Source: Aplysia californica (lineage: Eukaryota). Taken from it: a DNA stretch of 64,000 bases. A program made the translations under genes and the position numbers. The stretch is from the NCBI RefSeq assembly GCF_000002075.1, contig NW_004797359.1, positions 388,347-452,346 on the forward strand, in the 5' to 3' direction. The notes under the pieces were generated by a model that was not told the DNA's origin, did not search any database, and saw only the letters and a program-made list of their open reading frames with translations. This document shows positions 34,435 to 47,600 of the stretch, piece after piece. Numbering within the stretch: the first letter of the stretch is position 1; every line of letters starts with the position of its first letter.

Positions 34435-37021
34435 TACTTCCAATTGATGGCAAATACCGGGTATATAAAATATATGTGTGTCACGGCGTGGTGGAATCAG
34501 GCGCTTGTCAAATTTTTGGCTTGTGGAGTTATTCGTATCATCTGAAAGCTGATTTATTTGCTTTGCTTCCAATGAAATATAAGCATCCGTTTTATCTTGA
34601 ATAGAACTCAAGATATTTGCAGTTGAAGGAGGTGAAGTAGCCTGGTTTTAGTGTTGAAATTATAAGCAAGAAAATGGCCGCCAAAGTTTGGTAACATTTT
34701 GTGCCTTTAATCAATTGTTTTCAGTAAACTTCACCTGGAAATGTGCTTTTATATATTGACGTTAAAGAAGTTAACTTAAACCAAAAAATAAAATTCGATA
34801 AAAATTTCCAAACTGGCACGAAAATGCCTGTTTCTCCGATTTCGTTATTTTGACGAGCGCCTGATTTCACCATGCTGCCTCACATATATGCTAGTAGCCA
34901 GGAGGCCCATCAGTAATGACATGGGAATGCTTTTGTATATTTTCAGCCCCACTGGCCTCATATCGGCTGTTTCTAGTCAGTTATTTTTTATGTGGCTTGG
35001 TCTGTTTCACCACAACTTTTATTCTGCTTCTGAAACTCACAAATGATCTTCCTTACTCTGCGGTGCTTTGCATACTCAGAAACTCAGGCAGTGATTCTCA
35101 AGCTCATTCATTATATTGAAAATAAAGGTCACATAGAGGTTCACAGTAACATTTACTCGATGAAACCTGCCCACAAGAAGAAATAAATTGAAATCTGCCA
35201 TGATTGTAATCAGGATGACAAAAAGTGAGTGGAAAGCTACAGTTTGGAAATCGCTGCCTAAAAATGTAGCAGGCGTTACTATGTGCATTGACCCTGTGTG
35301 TTTACTTTTGTGCCGTGAACCTCAGACTACAGAAAGAATGAAAAAAGATCTCCATTATGCTATTTTTATTTACTCAGTTAACATACACCTCGCATTGGAA
35401 TGGTTCTTAAACAGGCAACCTTTAATCAACAAAGATATTCTTGCAGACAGCTCCCAAGTGATACGTCTTTCCTTGTTTGACAGATCTCACTTTAGCCGAA
35501 ACGTTTGGTACCTGATATAGCAAAACTGAAATTTGGCAACCGTAGGATTTGTTGGATGTAAAGTACTCCTACTGCTACTATTATTTTATATGCTATTAAC
35601 TAATGTATTTCTTTAGTTCCTCGTGATCAAATGTGCCCCACATCCCCTCTCCGTGTGCTCACACATTCACAATAGATTTCCATTGCACTGTTCATTTTTA
35701 AGGTGTAAAGTGTAAAGAGCAGCAACAGGTTTTCTTCTTTATTCCTTCTTCTGTACACAATGGGAACAAATACTTGCTCATTCCTGTTAGTAGCGTGTGT
35801 GAGTCGGAGATTTCACCGACCCTTGTGCCCTTGGTTCTTTCCTGTTTTTGTTGTTGGGAAACTTAGTCACTTGTGTGAAGGCTGTGCTTTGAATGTTATT
35901 GTAATAAAGCATATTATATGAATTTAAAAAATAAATATTATCAATATATATATATATCACTGTTGCGGAGTTTGTTCTTGAATTGACTAACCATTTTTTA
36001 AATACTTTATTGCTACACCTCTACTTTCCAGATCTGAAATTTAAACTCTTCTTACACTGCACCACAGTGTGTTGAATGTTGTTTTTGTCTTGTCTGATGG
36101 AAATAAACTAATATTACAACAACGAAAAACCCCACTCATACTCTATCCAATCAAAACATGTGGGAAAAAAATGCCAACATATTTTTATTTATTTTGCAGG
36201 CTAAAAAAATGCTTAAAATTTTCCTAGTTGTCCTAGAGAACGTCTTTGAGCCCTGAAATTATGAGGAAAGTGAAGAAAAGAAATGCATTGTGTATAACTT
36301 TCAAACATTGCATAGGATTGTTTTAATTTGAAGAAAGTGCTTCTTTGGGTAACAGGAACATAACGTAAATTCCCTCAATAAGGCCCTCCCCCGACCGTTA
36401 TTTGGGCGACCTGTTCATTGTAACAGTCATTGATCTCTAGAATTGAAGGATTAGTTCTGCTATCACAGTTGGACATCCTTGTTTGTGTCAATAAGATGTG
36501 AAAAAAACAACCAAGCTTACATTTTTTTTAAAATGGGTGTAAAAAAAAACTAGCTTACATTTTTTTTAAAAACCCAACATCTTTCTTGTTCAGTTTGGTT
36601 TCGTCTCTGTGCTCCATGACAGTAGGCCAATACACCTGTGTGCACGTACAAGATTATAGACTATATATTGGATAAAAAGCCTGTGAATTTCAGTCAACTG
36701 GATACATAATCCTAGATCTTTGTGATTCAGTGGATCTAGCTAGATTTATGGGATGTTAAGCGCTCAGAGCCTGTGTACTTTAACCGGGTTAGAGCACTAT
36801 ATAAATGTCTATTATTATTATTATGTACTGAGACTCTTTGGGCTGCATTCCTCTTTCAGCAGGATGGGCCTAGATCATGTTACCGAACCTTTCTCATTCT
36901 GTTCAGCTTTTGTCTTGGTGCTTAATGTTTAACAACGGTAATATAATGAATGTAGTATCAGTTATAAACAATGCATTTTCTGGATGTTTGTAAGAAAACA
37001 CCAGTGAATTTCTGTTTAGTG

Positions 37022-39683
37022 CAGTGGTTTTCAAAGTGGGTGCTACCGCCCCTAGGGGGGCGGTGGCGAGAGTTTGGGGGGGGGCGCTGTGGCGAGAGTT
37101 TGGGGGGGGCGCTGTGGCGAAACTGGGCGATTGGGGGGGCGCTGGTGGGCGCTGTGAAATTTTCATGAAATGCAACATAAAACATGATGAAGGGAAAAAA
37201 GCCACATACAAAAACAAAAATAGATAGTTTAGGCATAGTTTACAATACTACTTATAACTAAGAACTTTCTTTCCCAGCCCACAAATCTCATATAAAGAAG
37301 ATTCATCACGACAAATCTGACAAAGATCTGGCATACTTCAAAACTCTAAAGATCAATTTTCAGAAATGAAAATCAGTTAAACCGATGTTTGCAGCTAACG
37401 TCGATCAAGCTGATGTAGGCTTACGAGCAACATATAATTTATCTCAGCTAATTACAAAGGCAGGCAAACACCATGCTATCGGTGAGGACTTCATATTGCC
37501 TGCGATAAGAGAGGTGGTCAGCACAGTCCTGCAACGTGCCCCGGAGCCTGTGTTGAAAGTTCTCCCACTAAGTGACAATACCATTCAAAGACGTACTGAT
37601 GAAATGTCAACAAATGTTGAGGAATCACAGTGCAAAATGCTGAAAGGACGTGAGCTCAGCCTTTAACTGGATATCAGTTCATAGAAGGTGAGGAAATAAT
37701 GCAAGAATTGTTATTTGCCAAAATGTTGGAAACAGATACCAAAGGCGAGTCCATTTTCAAAGTGGTCCAAGAATTTTTCGAGGAGTAACAGATCCCTCTG
37801 ACCAATACAGTTGCCTGTGCAACAGATGGAGCACCGTCGATGGCAAGTCGGAAACGTGGATTTATGAACTTCTTGAAGAAATCAGTCCATGGAGTATTTA
37901 CTGTTTACTGTGTCATTCACTGACAGAATTTGGTGGCAAAAAACCTGAATGAAAGTCTGCATGACAAAGGCCTACTGGCCATTGCCATCAAGTGTGTGAA
38001 CAAGATCAAAGCCCACGCTTTGAACTTGAGACTATTTCAACAGCTGTGCCCTGAACATGACGAGTACTTTCAATGCTTACTTTTGCACACTGAAGTCTGG
38101 TAGCTCTCGAAAGGAAACTGTTGAACACGATTATTGTTCTGCCTGTTTGACTCTGTGCTGGAGTTTTTTTTTTCAAGAAACAGACAGTGATCTCTGCAAT
38201 ATACTGAAAGAACACAAGAACAACATTGCGCTCCTCACAGATCTTTTCTCAAAGTTCAACCAGTTCAACATTCAGCTGCAGGGGGATGACACCAACCTGA
38301 CCAAGGCTTTCGTCATTCTTGTCGAAATTGGAAATGATCCGCCGAAACATTGGCAGAAGAAAATTTCTCAATTTCCTAGCTTGGCGGAGACACTGAAAGA
38401 AGGGCACGTTTCTGACGAGGAACTACAAATTTAAATTTATAGCAACCACCTCAGAGATTTGCATGCTGATATGAAGACAAGGTTTAGCCTCCTGATATTT
38501 TTAAACTGGAAATTCCATACTGGATACTGGACCCATTGAACGCTGAAACAGATGATAACTTGCAAGTAGCAATTGAAGAAGAGCTTCTGACGATGAAATG
38601 TGACTTTGAAATCAAACCATTGTTCAAAAAGCCATACCAGTCATTCTAGTTGAAAACTGTTGTGCAAGACAAATATCCCTCCAAGTGGGAAAAGATCAAG
38701 TAGTTGTTCATTTCTTTCCTCGCCTCCTATCTAGTAGAAAGGGGATTCAGTGCAGTGACAAGGTTGCTGACGAAGCGTAGCGATTTGCGTCAGCTACTGA
38801 CCAATCTGAAACCTGATGTCGATAAGTTGGTTTCGTCTTAGCAGGTCCATCCTTCCCATTAGGGTAGTGTCAATAACTTATTTGCGCATGCTTACTCCGT
38901 AGTTTACCCTTACTTGATATCTCAATGTGTCTTTTCTTTTTTTTTTCTTTTCTTCCTTTTTAAAAAAAGCAAAACATTCACTTGTTTAACAGTTTTTTAT
39001 GTGCACGTGCTGCCACTGCTGATGAAACTGATGATGATGATGGTGACGATGATGGTGATAAATACAGACTACGATCCATGCATACTTTTTCTTTCGTGTG
39101 GTTTCTCACATTTGAACAACTTAATATTTTTATTTTCTACAATGGAGATATTTTATACAAATCTCAGGCCACTTCATTGCAGCACGTTGATGGGAGAAAA
39201 CGTTTCATAAAGATAACGTCAATCTGTTCTCAAACCAAGGATCACAGGCGTTTTTATTTTATTTTTATTTTTTTTGGCGTTTTGCTTCTGTAAATGTGAT
39301 AATACATGTTTTATTTTTATTGATGTTAATAACACTGGTCGTTTAGTACCGATGACAACTATATGCATAAAGAAAATGACAGTATTTTGCTCTCAGTGCC
39401 CTTGCCTAAGATTGAAGAAAAATGTGTTTTATTTTCTCTCGTCCACGCTTAATTTAAGACTGTAAAGATGGTGATTTGAGACTCAACTAATATTCAGAAC
39501 TAAATCATTAGAATTTAGGCACGTTACTTTCTACCCTGCTGTTTGAGCTCTCTCTTTATTTGTGATTGTTATTATATTACGCCTGTCGTTATGTCAGATT
39601 GATGATTGGGGCGGAGTAGGGGGCGGTGGGACTCGGCTGGGTGAAAAAGGGGGCGGTGGGCGAAAAAAGTTTGAAAACCACTG
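37022..39683 (+). mobile_element. hAT-Charlie/Buster transposon with decayed transposase
   Basis: TIR CAGTGGTTTTCAAA/TTTGAAAACCACTG; perfect 8-bp TSD GTTTAGTG; subterminal GGCG repeats. Confidence 0.92.
37290..38861 (+). pseudogene. ZBED5/SCAND3-like hAT transposase pseudogene
   Basis: Fragments KAGKHHAIGEDFILPA, PLSDNTIQRR, CATDGAPSM, HCVIH-like CVIH*QNL, FLASYLVERGFSAV, with many stops and frameshifts. Confidence 0.88.
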
Positions 39684-39933
39684 GTTTAGTGGATAGAGCC
39701 TACATAATTTTATTTCAATATCTAGATTCTATGTGATCAGTTGAGTCTTTCGTTAGACTCACTTTGCCTCATCTGACATTCAGTAGGCCTGGAATCTAGA
39801 TGCTACTTGGCCACAGTGATGCCAAGATAAGGCAGACTACCTCTAGATTGCAGAGTTGAAACACAATTAGGTCAAATAAGTGCCAAAGATAAGGTGTTAC
39901 AAGAGAATAACACACAAATAAAAATAAAGAGAT

Positions 39934-40410
39934 AAGTTTTAGTTTTTATAGTAAAAGTTTTACGGCGCTCGCAACTGCATAAGGTCATAGGAGCGCTAGA
40001 AGATTAGGTGTTACAAGAAAGTAACAAACATAATAAAGAAGAAGGTGAGATAACGACGATAGATGTATGATAGGAAAGAAGAAGCAAACCACACCAGAGC
40101 ACCCACCAACCACCCATATTTAGGTTGTTAACAAGGCAGGACACTTTTAGTTTTAGTAAGAGTTTTACGACACGCGCAACACAATAAGGTCATATATATA
40201 CAAGTGCCGAAGATTAGAGGTGTTACAAGAGAGTAATAAAACAAAAAAAGGAGAGATCAAGACGACAGATGTTTGGTAGGAAAGAAGGAGCAAACCACAC
40301 CAGAGCACCCGCCAACCACCCACCAGGACACTTTGGCTACAACAGAACAGGACAGAGTCTCCACACAGTGAAAGGCCAGAAGTGTGCTGTAGAAGGGACT
40401 CAAATATGAT
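39934..40410 (-). mobile_element. Two stacked 5'-truncated retroposons (family C)
   Basis: Body gtgttacaaga...ggaaagaaggagcaaaccacaccagagcaccc plus shared tail, twice; further copies near 26119-26240 (+), 45805-45962 (-), 48093-48258 (-). Confidence 0.78.
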
Positions 40411-40418
40411 TTATCAAC

Positions 40419-40940
40419 GGTTTTGTTTTTGGTAAGCGTTTTACGGCGCTCACAACTGCATAAAGTCATATGAGCGCGCGGGACACATTAAACATTTTTA
40501 GTTGGTAGGAAATTTTGAATTTTGCCCGGGTGGCGGCCGAAGCCTACTCTTATCAATTTTAGACCACCAAAGGATCTTTAACATGTCATGTGCAACTTGC
40601 ACACTGGACCTTCGAAATATTTCGCCCTTGTCCGAGAAGGCTATGTGTAGATCTTTCCTACCACTACCAGAAGACCAGGGGTGTGGCTGAAAGACAGCAG
40701 TCAGAATGAGCCGAGGAGTAGCAGTAGAAAGGCTGCAGAAAGAGTCAGGAGCTCAGAGGAGGGGGTGGGGGCAGAAAGAGGAGACGAAAGTAGATGACAG
40801 AACATTGCTAGAGAGCAGGAAAGGAGGTGAAAGGAGACAATTTTAGAGAAGAAAATTTTCCCGTGACTACCCCGATTCGAACCCAGGACCTTTGTTGAAT
40901 GAGAGACGAACACCTTAACCTCTAGGCCACGAGAGCCCCC
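40419..40940 (-). mobile_element. tRNA-headed SINE family B copy
   Basis: A box GTGGCCTAGAGG, B box GGTTCGAATC, body matches 12900-13382. Confidence 0.82.
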
Positions 40941-41084
40941 TATCAGAACTGTAGGTAACCTTATTGTTGAAAGCTGACCTAAAGACGTGCCCAATATAAG
41001 GACAGGAATGGAAAAAGCTCGGCAACTTGCACCTTCACTGGTATAGTTGTAGTTGCAGGGTCTCTGCAGCCCCAATCAAACCGT

Positions 41085-41138
41085 AGTACAACATTTGGAG
41101 CAAGTTCAACATTTGGAGCAAGTACAACATTTGGAGCA
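41085..41138. repeat. 18-bp tandem repeat x3
   Basis: AGT(A/T)CAACATTTGGAGCA three times. Confidence 0.9.
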
Positions 41139-41286
41139 AATGATAAGAATTTTGTCAAATCAAGGTGAAGTCGTCATATCAAGCTAAAAGTATAAAGCAT
41201 TACTATTACTGTCTTTTTGAACAGTAACTTACTTGAAAGATCTTTTTCAAAAACAACAAAAGACAATGTATAAAAAAATCAGGACA

Positions 41287-41292
41287 TTTATT
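41287..41292 (-). terminator. Candidate CDKN3 polyadenylation signal
   Basis: AATAAA on - strand about 235 nt after the CDKN3 stop. Confidence 0.45.
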
Positions 41293-41524
41293 TCTATTGT
41301 TCAAAGAAAATTAAGTCATTTGTTCACATCAAGGTATATCCAGACAATATATAACAACAGGAGCATATTCCCTGAATATACTGTAAGACCCGCACTGTCG
41401 AAACATAACAGCTGAGTTGAAAGAGTTGATGAACACATGTACGTAGCTGCAGAGGAACAAGAAAGAATAAATAGGGTGTGGTTTTTGTGGAAACAGCAGG
41501 AATGTACACATCTGCCCTCCATGT

Positions 41525-41614
41525 CTAGCGGGACACGGATCTGTCATCCACTCCTTTCTGATTTTGCTTGTGCAGCTTCAGCTTCTCTTCAAACTCGTTG
41601 ACAAAATTGAATTG
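41525..41614 (-). CDS. CDKN3: CDKN3 exon 9 (terminal)
   Basis: QFNFVNEFEEKLKLHKQNQKGVDDRSVSR*. Confidence 0.93.
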   Translation of the reverse strand, partial: QFNFVNEFEEKLKLHKQNQKGVDDRSVSR

Positions 41615-44600
41615 CTGAAAAGGAGATAAAAATTACACCAATGAATATTTGAGCCACAAAAAGAACAAATGCGGTCTGTTTACCAAGTTGATTCCAGGAA
41701 GTGATTTTATTAACATCATGTCACACATGAAAAACAACACAATTCTTCAATTAAACTTTAAGAAATTTTTTATTTAAAAAAAAGATTCAAATCTTTCAAG
41801 AACCCTATCCGTACGTCATGTTTTACTATCATATCCATACGGCGTGGGGAACTTTGTGCCACCACTTTCCAAAGAGGAAATTATTCGTTAATCCGACCCA
41901 TACACTTTGCATAGCAATCTATTAAAATGATTTTTTGAGAAATACTGAAAGTTTGAAAGAGATCTTCGTACTAGAAGTATTCTAAAATGTGAAGAATACA
42001 ACCCCGGGGGTACAAAATGACCCCAAGGCAAACGGATAGGGTTAAAAATAGTCTAGGAAGCACATAGTGAATAGATTTGTCAGATCCCCAGTGTTTTTCT
42101 TTCATATTCTATGTATTATGTACCTAAACCATGTACATGATAGCAAAATACACAACGAAAAGATTTCGGCACCTTGCAGATTACGCTATGTGTGTGCTAG
42201 ACAGTATCTTTCTCTAGACCAAATGGAAAAGAATTTCCTTTCATCCTTTCCCGACATTTCAAGATTATTCCATTATTCAGTTCCAGCTTAGATTTCATAT
42301 TGTGAGATCCACAACGCAGTAGCAAAAAATATAAATAACATAACTCAGTCCCACCAATATCTTTCTGTTAATAGCTCCCTCTCCGTACGAGAAGGGGACA
42401 CATAGCATTATAACTCTGTGCTGTACGAAATAAAACGTTTTCTAACAATTGTGTAGGGAAAAAACCAGGCATGATAGAAATATCACCTGAACTACAAAAG
42501 ATTAGTCAAACTCAAATAGCAGTCAATGATTCTAAATTTTAGTTGTATTTTCTCTTTCCTCTGCCCCTGAGACAGGACAATATCTAGATCTAAATTCTCA
42601 TGCATATCTGTTCCTCCCACCTCTGACCAGGCATTGGCTTCTCGTACATTATATTTCTACCTTTGCTTGAATAACAATTATAATCATATAGCTTGCCATC
42701 ACATAAAAGATCAATAATATATATAGGAAAACATGTATTTTTTAATAAAAATTTTTAGTAGGTTTTACGGCGCTCGCAACTGCATAAGGTCATATGAGCG
42801 CCAAAGGGGTGGGTGTCAACAGAGAAGTCTTTAAAGGGAATCAGACTTACTCTGCTCACCTCTCTAGCCTCAACAGCACAAAGTCTGCTTCGACTATCAG
42901 GGCACCCCGGAAATAGTAGGTCACAAGAGTGTGACAAACATACAAAAGAAGTAGAGGAAAATGACAATAGTAAGGATTAGGAAAGAAAAAGCAGCAGTTC
43001 CCTGTTGTAGATCAGGCACAGTTATGAGCGTGACATGATGAATCAGCCCATTTACAATTCTACTGTGCATGAACGAGAAATGTCCTTCCTTTGGGAATGG
43101 CCTGAAGACACTACAGTCAGGGGCACTGCCCCGGGGGCTAATACATGTATTGAAAAAAAGCATCAGATTTATTCAATTATAATTTGCTCTCTGGTGGCCC
43201 CATAGTCAAAAAATTTTTTTTGGAAGAAGCCAGAAGATATAGCAACTCGAGGTCATGCTGATAACTTTAGGTGAATAAGATTCCTTCATCGCAAATTATG
43301 GGAAAATCCTGAGTGTGAGTGTGAAACTAACGGGCAGTGACTGGTGATTTATGTGCGAATGAAACAATTATCAAATTCTTTCACCTTGTGTTCCAACATA
43401 AATTCCTCTCAGTTCTAACAAGTACGTTCCAGAACAAAAATACATGACCATTCAATTATACATGTAACCACCGATTGCATTAAAAAAAAAAAAATTTTGT
43501 TAGAAAAATGACATCAGAAGTTGTGTAAAAGTAAAGTACCATAAACAATGCAGTGTCTCTAAAACGACATCTGAGGCACCAGTAAAAAATGTCATTATAG
43601 AGAGTTGTCGTTATACAGAGGCAACCAAAAATTACTAAAGATACATAAGGAAAAAATGTGGACCTGGGCACCATGTCGCTATATCGAAGGTCGTTATAGA
43701 GAGGCTGCATTGTAGTAAGTTTATAATAATTCAGCATATCATGCTCAACACATTTCATCTGGACTTTTTAAAATCATAGCTCAATGGACCATTAAACAAA
43801 ATTCAACTATTAAAAATTTGGGAAAAAAAAACAACCTACTTTAACAGACTGAATGGCCGTTTTGCCCCTCAAATCTTTCACTCGTTTGATGGCCTCTTCG
43901 TGGCCCACACTGTCATCCATGACCATGATCAAACACGCTGCCACTGGAGAAAGAAAAAAAATATTATGTGAAATTCTAAACATAAAAAAAACAACAATGG
44001 TCTTCAACGAAACTGTAATACACAATTAACTAATGCTGGGTGGTACCGGTACTTCACTGGCACAACCAGACTTCAAATACCAGCAGAAATACCAGTTATG
44101 GGTGATGTCAGAGGTTCTATATGTCTCACATCCTATCTCTCTTTTCACCACTGTTCCCCCTACACACATATAAACAAAACAGCACAGATGAAGTACACTG
44201 TGGCATTTGAGAGGAGAAGCGACAAAGTGAAAGACAGTCAGTAGACTCTAGACGAAGCAGAGTACGTCAATGACAACTGATTTTTGAAAATATTTGCTTT
44301 GGCAAGGAAGACAAAATTTAAAACCCTTAAATGTCTTTGGACACTTTTCATTTGATAAATTGGCTAGCTACTGCAAGTAATACAAAATCTGTGCGTGTCA
44401 TGTGTCTATCACCTGCTCACCCATTATAATTTAGTTTCATGGGCACACATCACTCAAGGTACTTAACATATGAAGTCTGCAGCTTACCAGTGACTGAATC
44501 CACAATAAGGAGTTGTCAGAAACATGGGTCTCAACTCAGAATTTAAAAAAAAGGTGGAACTTTCCGCATGATCGCGATAGAAGACCATTTTCGCGAGACA

Positions 44601-47600
44601 CTCATTATTATTATAATGTTTAACCCAAGAATGTTGAAATAAAAACCATCAATTTATCACAGCAAGGTTATTTCATACCACTTTCAGGGTTTGGAAGATA
44701 ATTTCAAGTAAGAGTCACTTACCAAACATTTACAATCTTGATTATGTACAGAAAGTGGTGGCGATTTCTGGGTTGCGGAGTTTAGCAGAGGAAATGGCAG
44801 TAGCAGAAATCCTCTTAATAGCAGAATATTGAGACCCATGCAGAAATTGTGAGACGGGTGGGTCACTCCTCTACTTGAGATTTTTTTTTTTAAATACCGT
44901 ACCCTCAACAATAATGGTGGCAACAATCTACAAAAAAGCACACAGGGCGTTATTGTCATAGAGTAACTAATCTTGCATACAAGTAAAAATGAATATCATT
45001 ATGGATCGGTGTCAAGAACAACTTATACAGTGTTCACACAGATGCATAGAAATCTATAAGTAATGACCTACCAGAACAAGATCGGCCGAGTCCACCAAAG
45101 CAACTGAAAATGAAAATGATCAAAATAATAGTTATACTAGACTATTAAATATGAATTTGCAGAAAAATATGGAAAGAAAAAGCAGTGAAAATAATATGAC
45201 TTTTCCATTCATAAAACACATAATATAATGTACAGTGGAATCCCCTTACTTGAACATGATTAATCCATAAACAGCTGTATACCAAAACACGTCTTTTTAA
45301 TAGAAGTTACAATGCATAGAATAAAGATGGGGAAAACAATGGGGATTTGAAATCCTTTCGTTGTAACAGGAATTTTGTGTTTAATTACTGCATTTTAAAC
45401 AGTCTACAGTAACTCCACTATAACAACCCAAAATAAAAAAAGTGTGCTTTTCTTTATGTATTCCTTCTACCAATGAGAACAATATCAATGATGAGTCCAT
45501 TAACTACTAACCAAACTTCTGCTTCCAAACGGATACTGATGTTTAGTAGTAGACAGGTAAAACCAATTGGCACTGAAATTCATTTTTAGATAGTAAGACA
45601 CGCAGCAAAGGCGAAGGTCTCTGGATGCCATTGGAGTACTCACTGCAGTAGAGTCTTCTTCCCTCCCAGCAGGCACAAACGCAATTTTTCTGTAATGTCG
45701 AGCATGGACGCTACCTCAGGAACTCCTCCATCCTCAATAGGGAAGTGGTGCACGGTAAAGCCAGCTTCACCATACTAAAAATACACCAGTTCAAAACACA
45801 AATCTAGTTTAGTTTTAGTTTCAGTGAGGGTTTTACGGCACTTACAACACAATTAAGTCAAATACAATGCCGAAGATAAGAGGTACTACTGGAGAGTAAC
45901 ATACAAAGAAAAGGAGGAAATTGTAATGAAGATAGATATTTGATGGGAAAGAAGGAGCAAAAAGACAAATTTGAAACTCAAAATGTGCAGTACAACTCAT
46001 AGGTCTTGCAAACCCGAAATACTTGTTACTTGTTTGTAACAAAGACAAATCTCCAAAGCCACTACTGATTCACTCTCGCCAAAAACCTGAGTGCAAAGCA
46101 AAATTATCAAATTATCTTTACCCATACTCAAATGAAGTTACTGTAAATTTTCAACCATTATTAACCCTTGTCCTGCGGGGGCCGGGTTTATGTCGCCCGA
46201 TAAGCCTATTTCAGCACCTCGCCTTTGTTCTGGTCCTGAATCAGTAGCCCCTGGCTCAGCGCATGCGCACCGCGCATCATCTTACGTGAAATTCAGGCCC
46301 CGAGTCGGATCCCCATTCACGCAGGTAAAGTGTGTGTGCGTCAGTCTGCTTGAGTTTGTGTGCATTTGTGGCCTTCAGAACCGCCTGCGTCGGTTCGTAA
46401 TCGAGGCATATGTCTCGTTCAAAACACGCCAAGTTGGTAGCTCTAGATGTTCGTCCAATGAAATTATAGAAGAAATTGACCCACTTAGACATGAGGAGCT
46501 CGAAAGGATAGTCAGGAAACAAGACTTCCATTTTTCTATACAAAATCTTTCCAATGAGCTTGATTTTGTATGAAATGATACTAGCTGATAAAAAAGAAGC
46601 TTGTTTGATAGTTTTGAATACCATTATGAAGGTACAAAGAACAATTTGAGTGCAAAACATTCGGAAATTGACCTATATTATCCCCTTTCGAACCTCAGGT
46701 CATTCACAACAAGAGTGTCTAGAAAGGTTATTCGAATGGGCGTAACTACTCGTAATGTCTTATCAGCTTGTGAGAGGGGGTAATTCATGTGTTTGTAACA
46801 CTTTATAAATAGAAAGCTATGAAAGATAGATCGTTATTTTCATCATCGATTAACACATTCCCACTGTATTCACGACGAAAACATGTTTCCCAGCGCGCGC
46901 GCTGTACACCAACAGTACACACTGAGTGACCCCGGCGGCCTGCCCGGCACGTCCGACGTAATCGGTTGCTGATAAGATTCGCATCTCGGCACAGACGCAG
47001 GACAAGGGTTAAGTGAGGGGTACAATTCGAGGGTAGAGCCAAAAGACAAGTGCGATGGTCAGAGAAACAGCACTGACAAGTTTGCAGTTTGATGACACAG
47101 ATGTGATCCCACCTGATGTGTATGATTTTGTCACGAGTAGGGTCTGCGAGTGTAATATTAGGGAAAAGTAAATGCTCCTATGAGTAGGCACACTTCAGCA
47201 TGATCCTGTCTGAGGCAAACATTGTACTCACCCATCAAGATTAACAACAGAGATTTGATCGTATTCACCAAAGTGGATGATCTGTGATGCAATAGGTAGT
47301 CGACAAATGTCAAATTTTCGCTGCTTGGTCGATCAGCTGCACGCATGTGGGTTTTTGTTCCGTTAATTATCATCTCAAATACAGAATTTTAGCAGAATTT
47401 AGTTTATTCAGAGTGGGATCTTAGGGTTGGCTCTGTGTTGTTTACTTTTTATAAAAATTTTATGTAAGTGTTTTTACTCCCCCATCGACACAATTTAGAT
47501 AATTTAGATGGCTGGCTTCCATCCTGCCTGGCAAGGCCAACTTGGGCTGAGAGGGATATGTCCCACAGAAAGTTCAAGATACCCAAATAAGAACTCTCCT

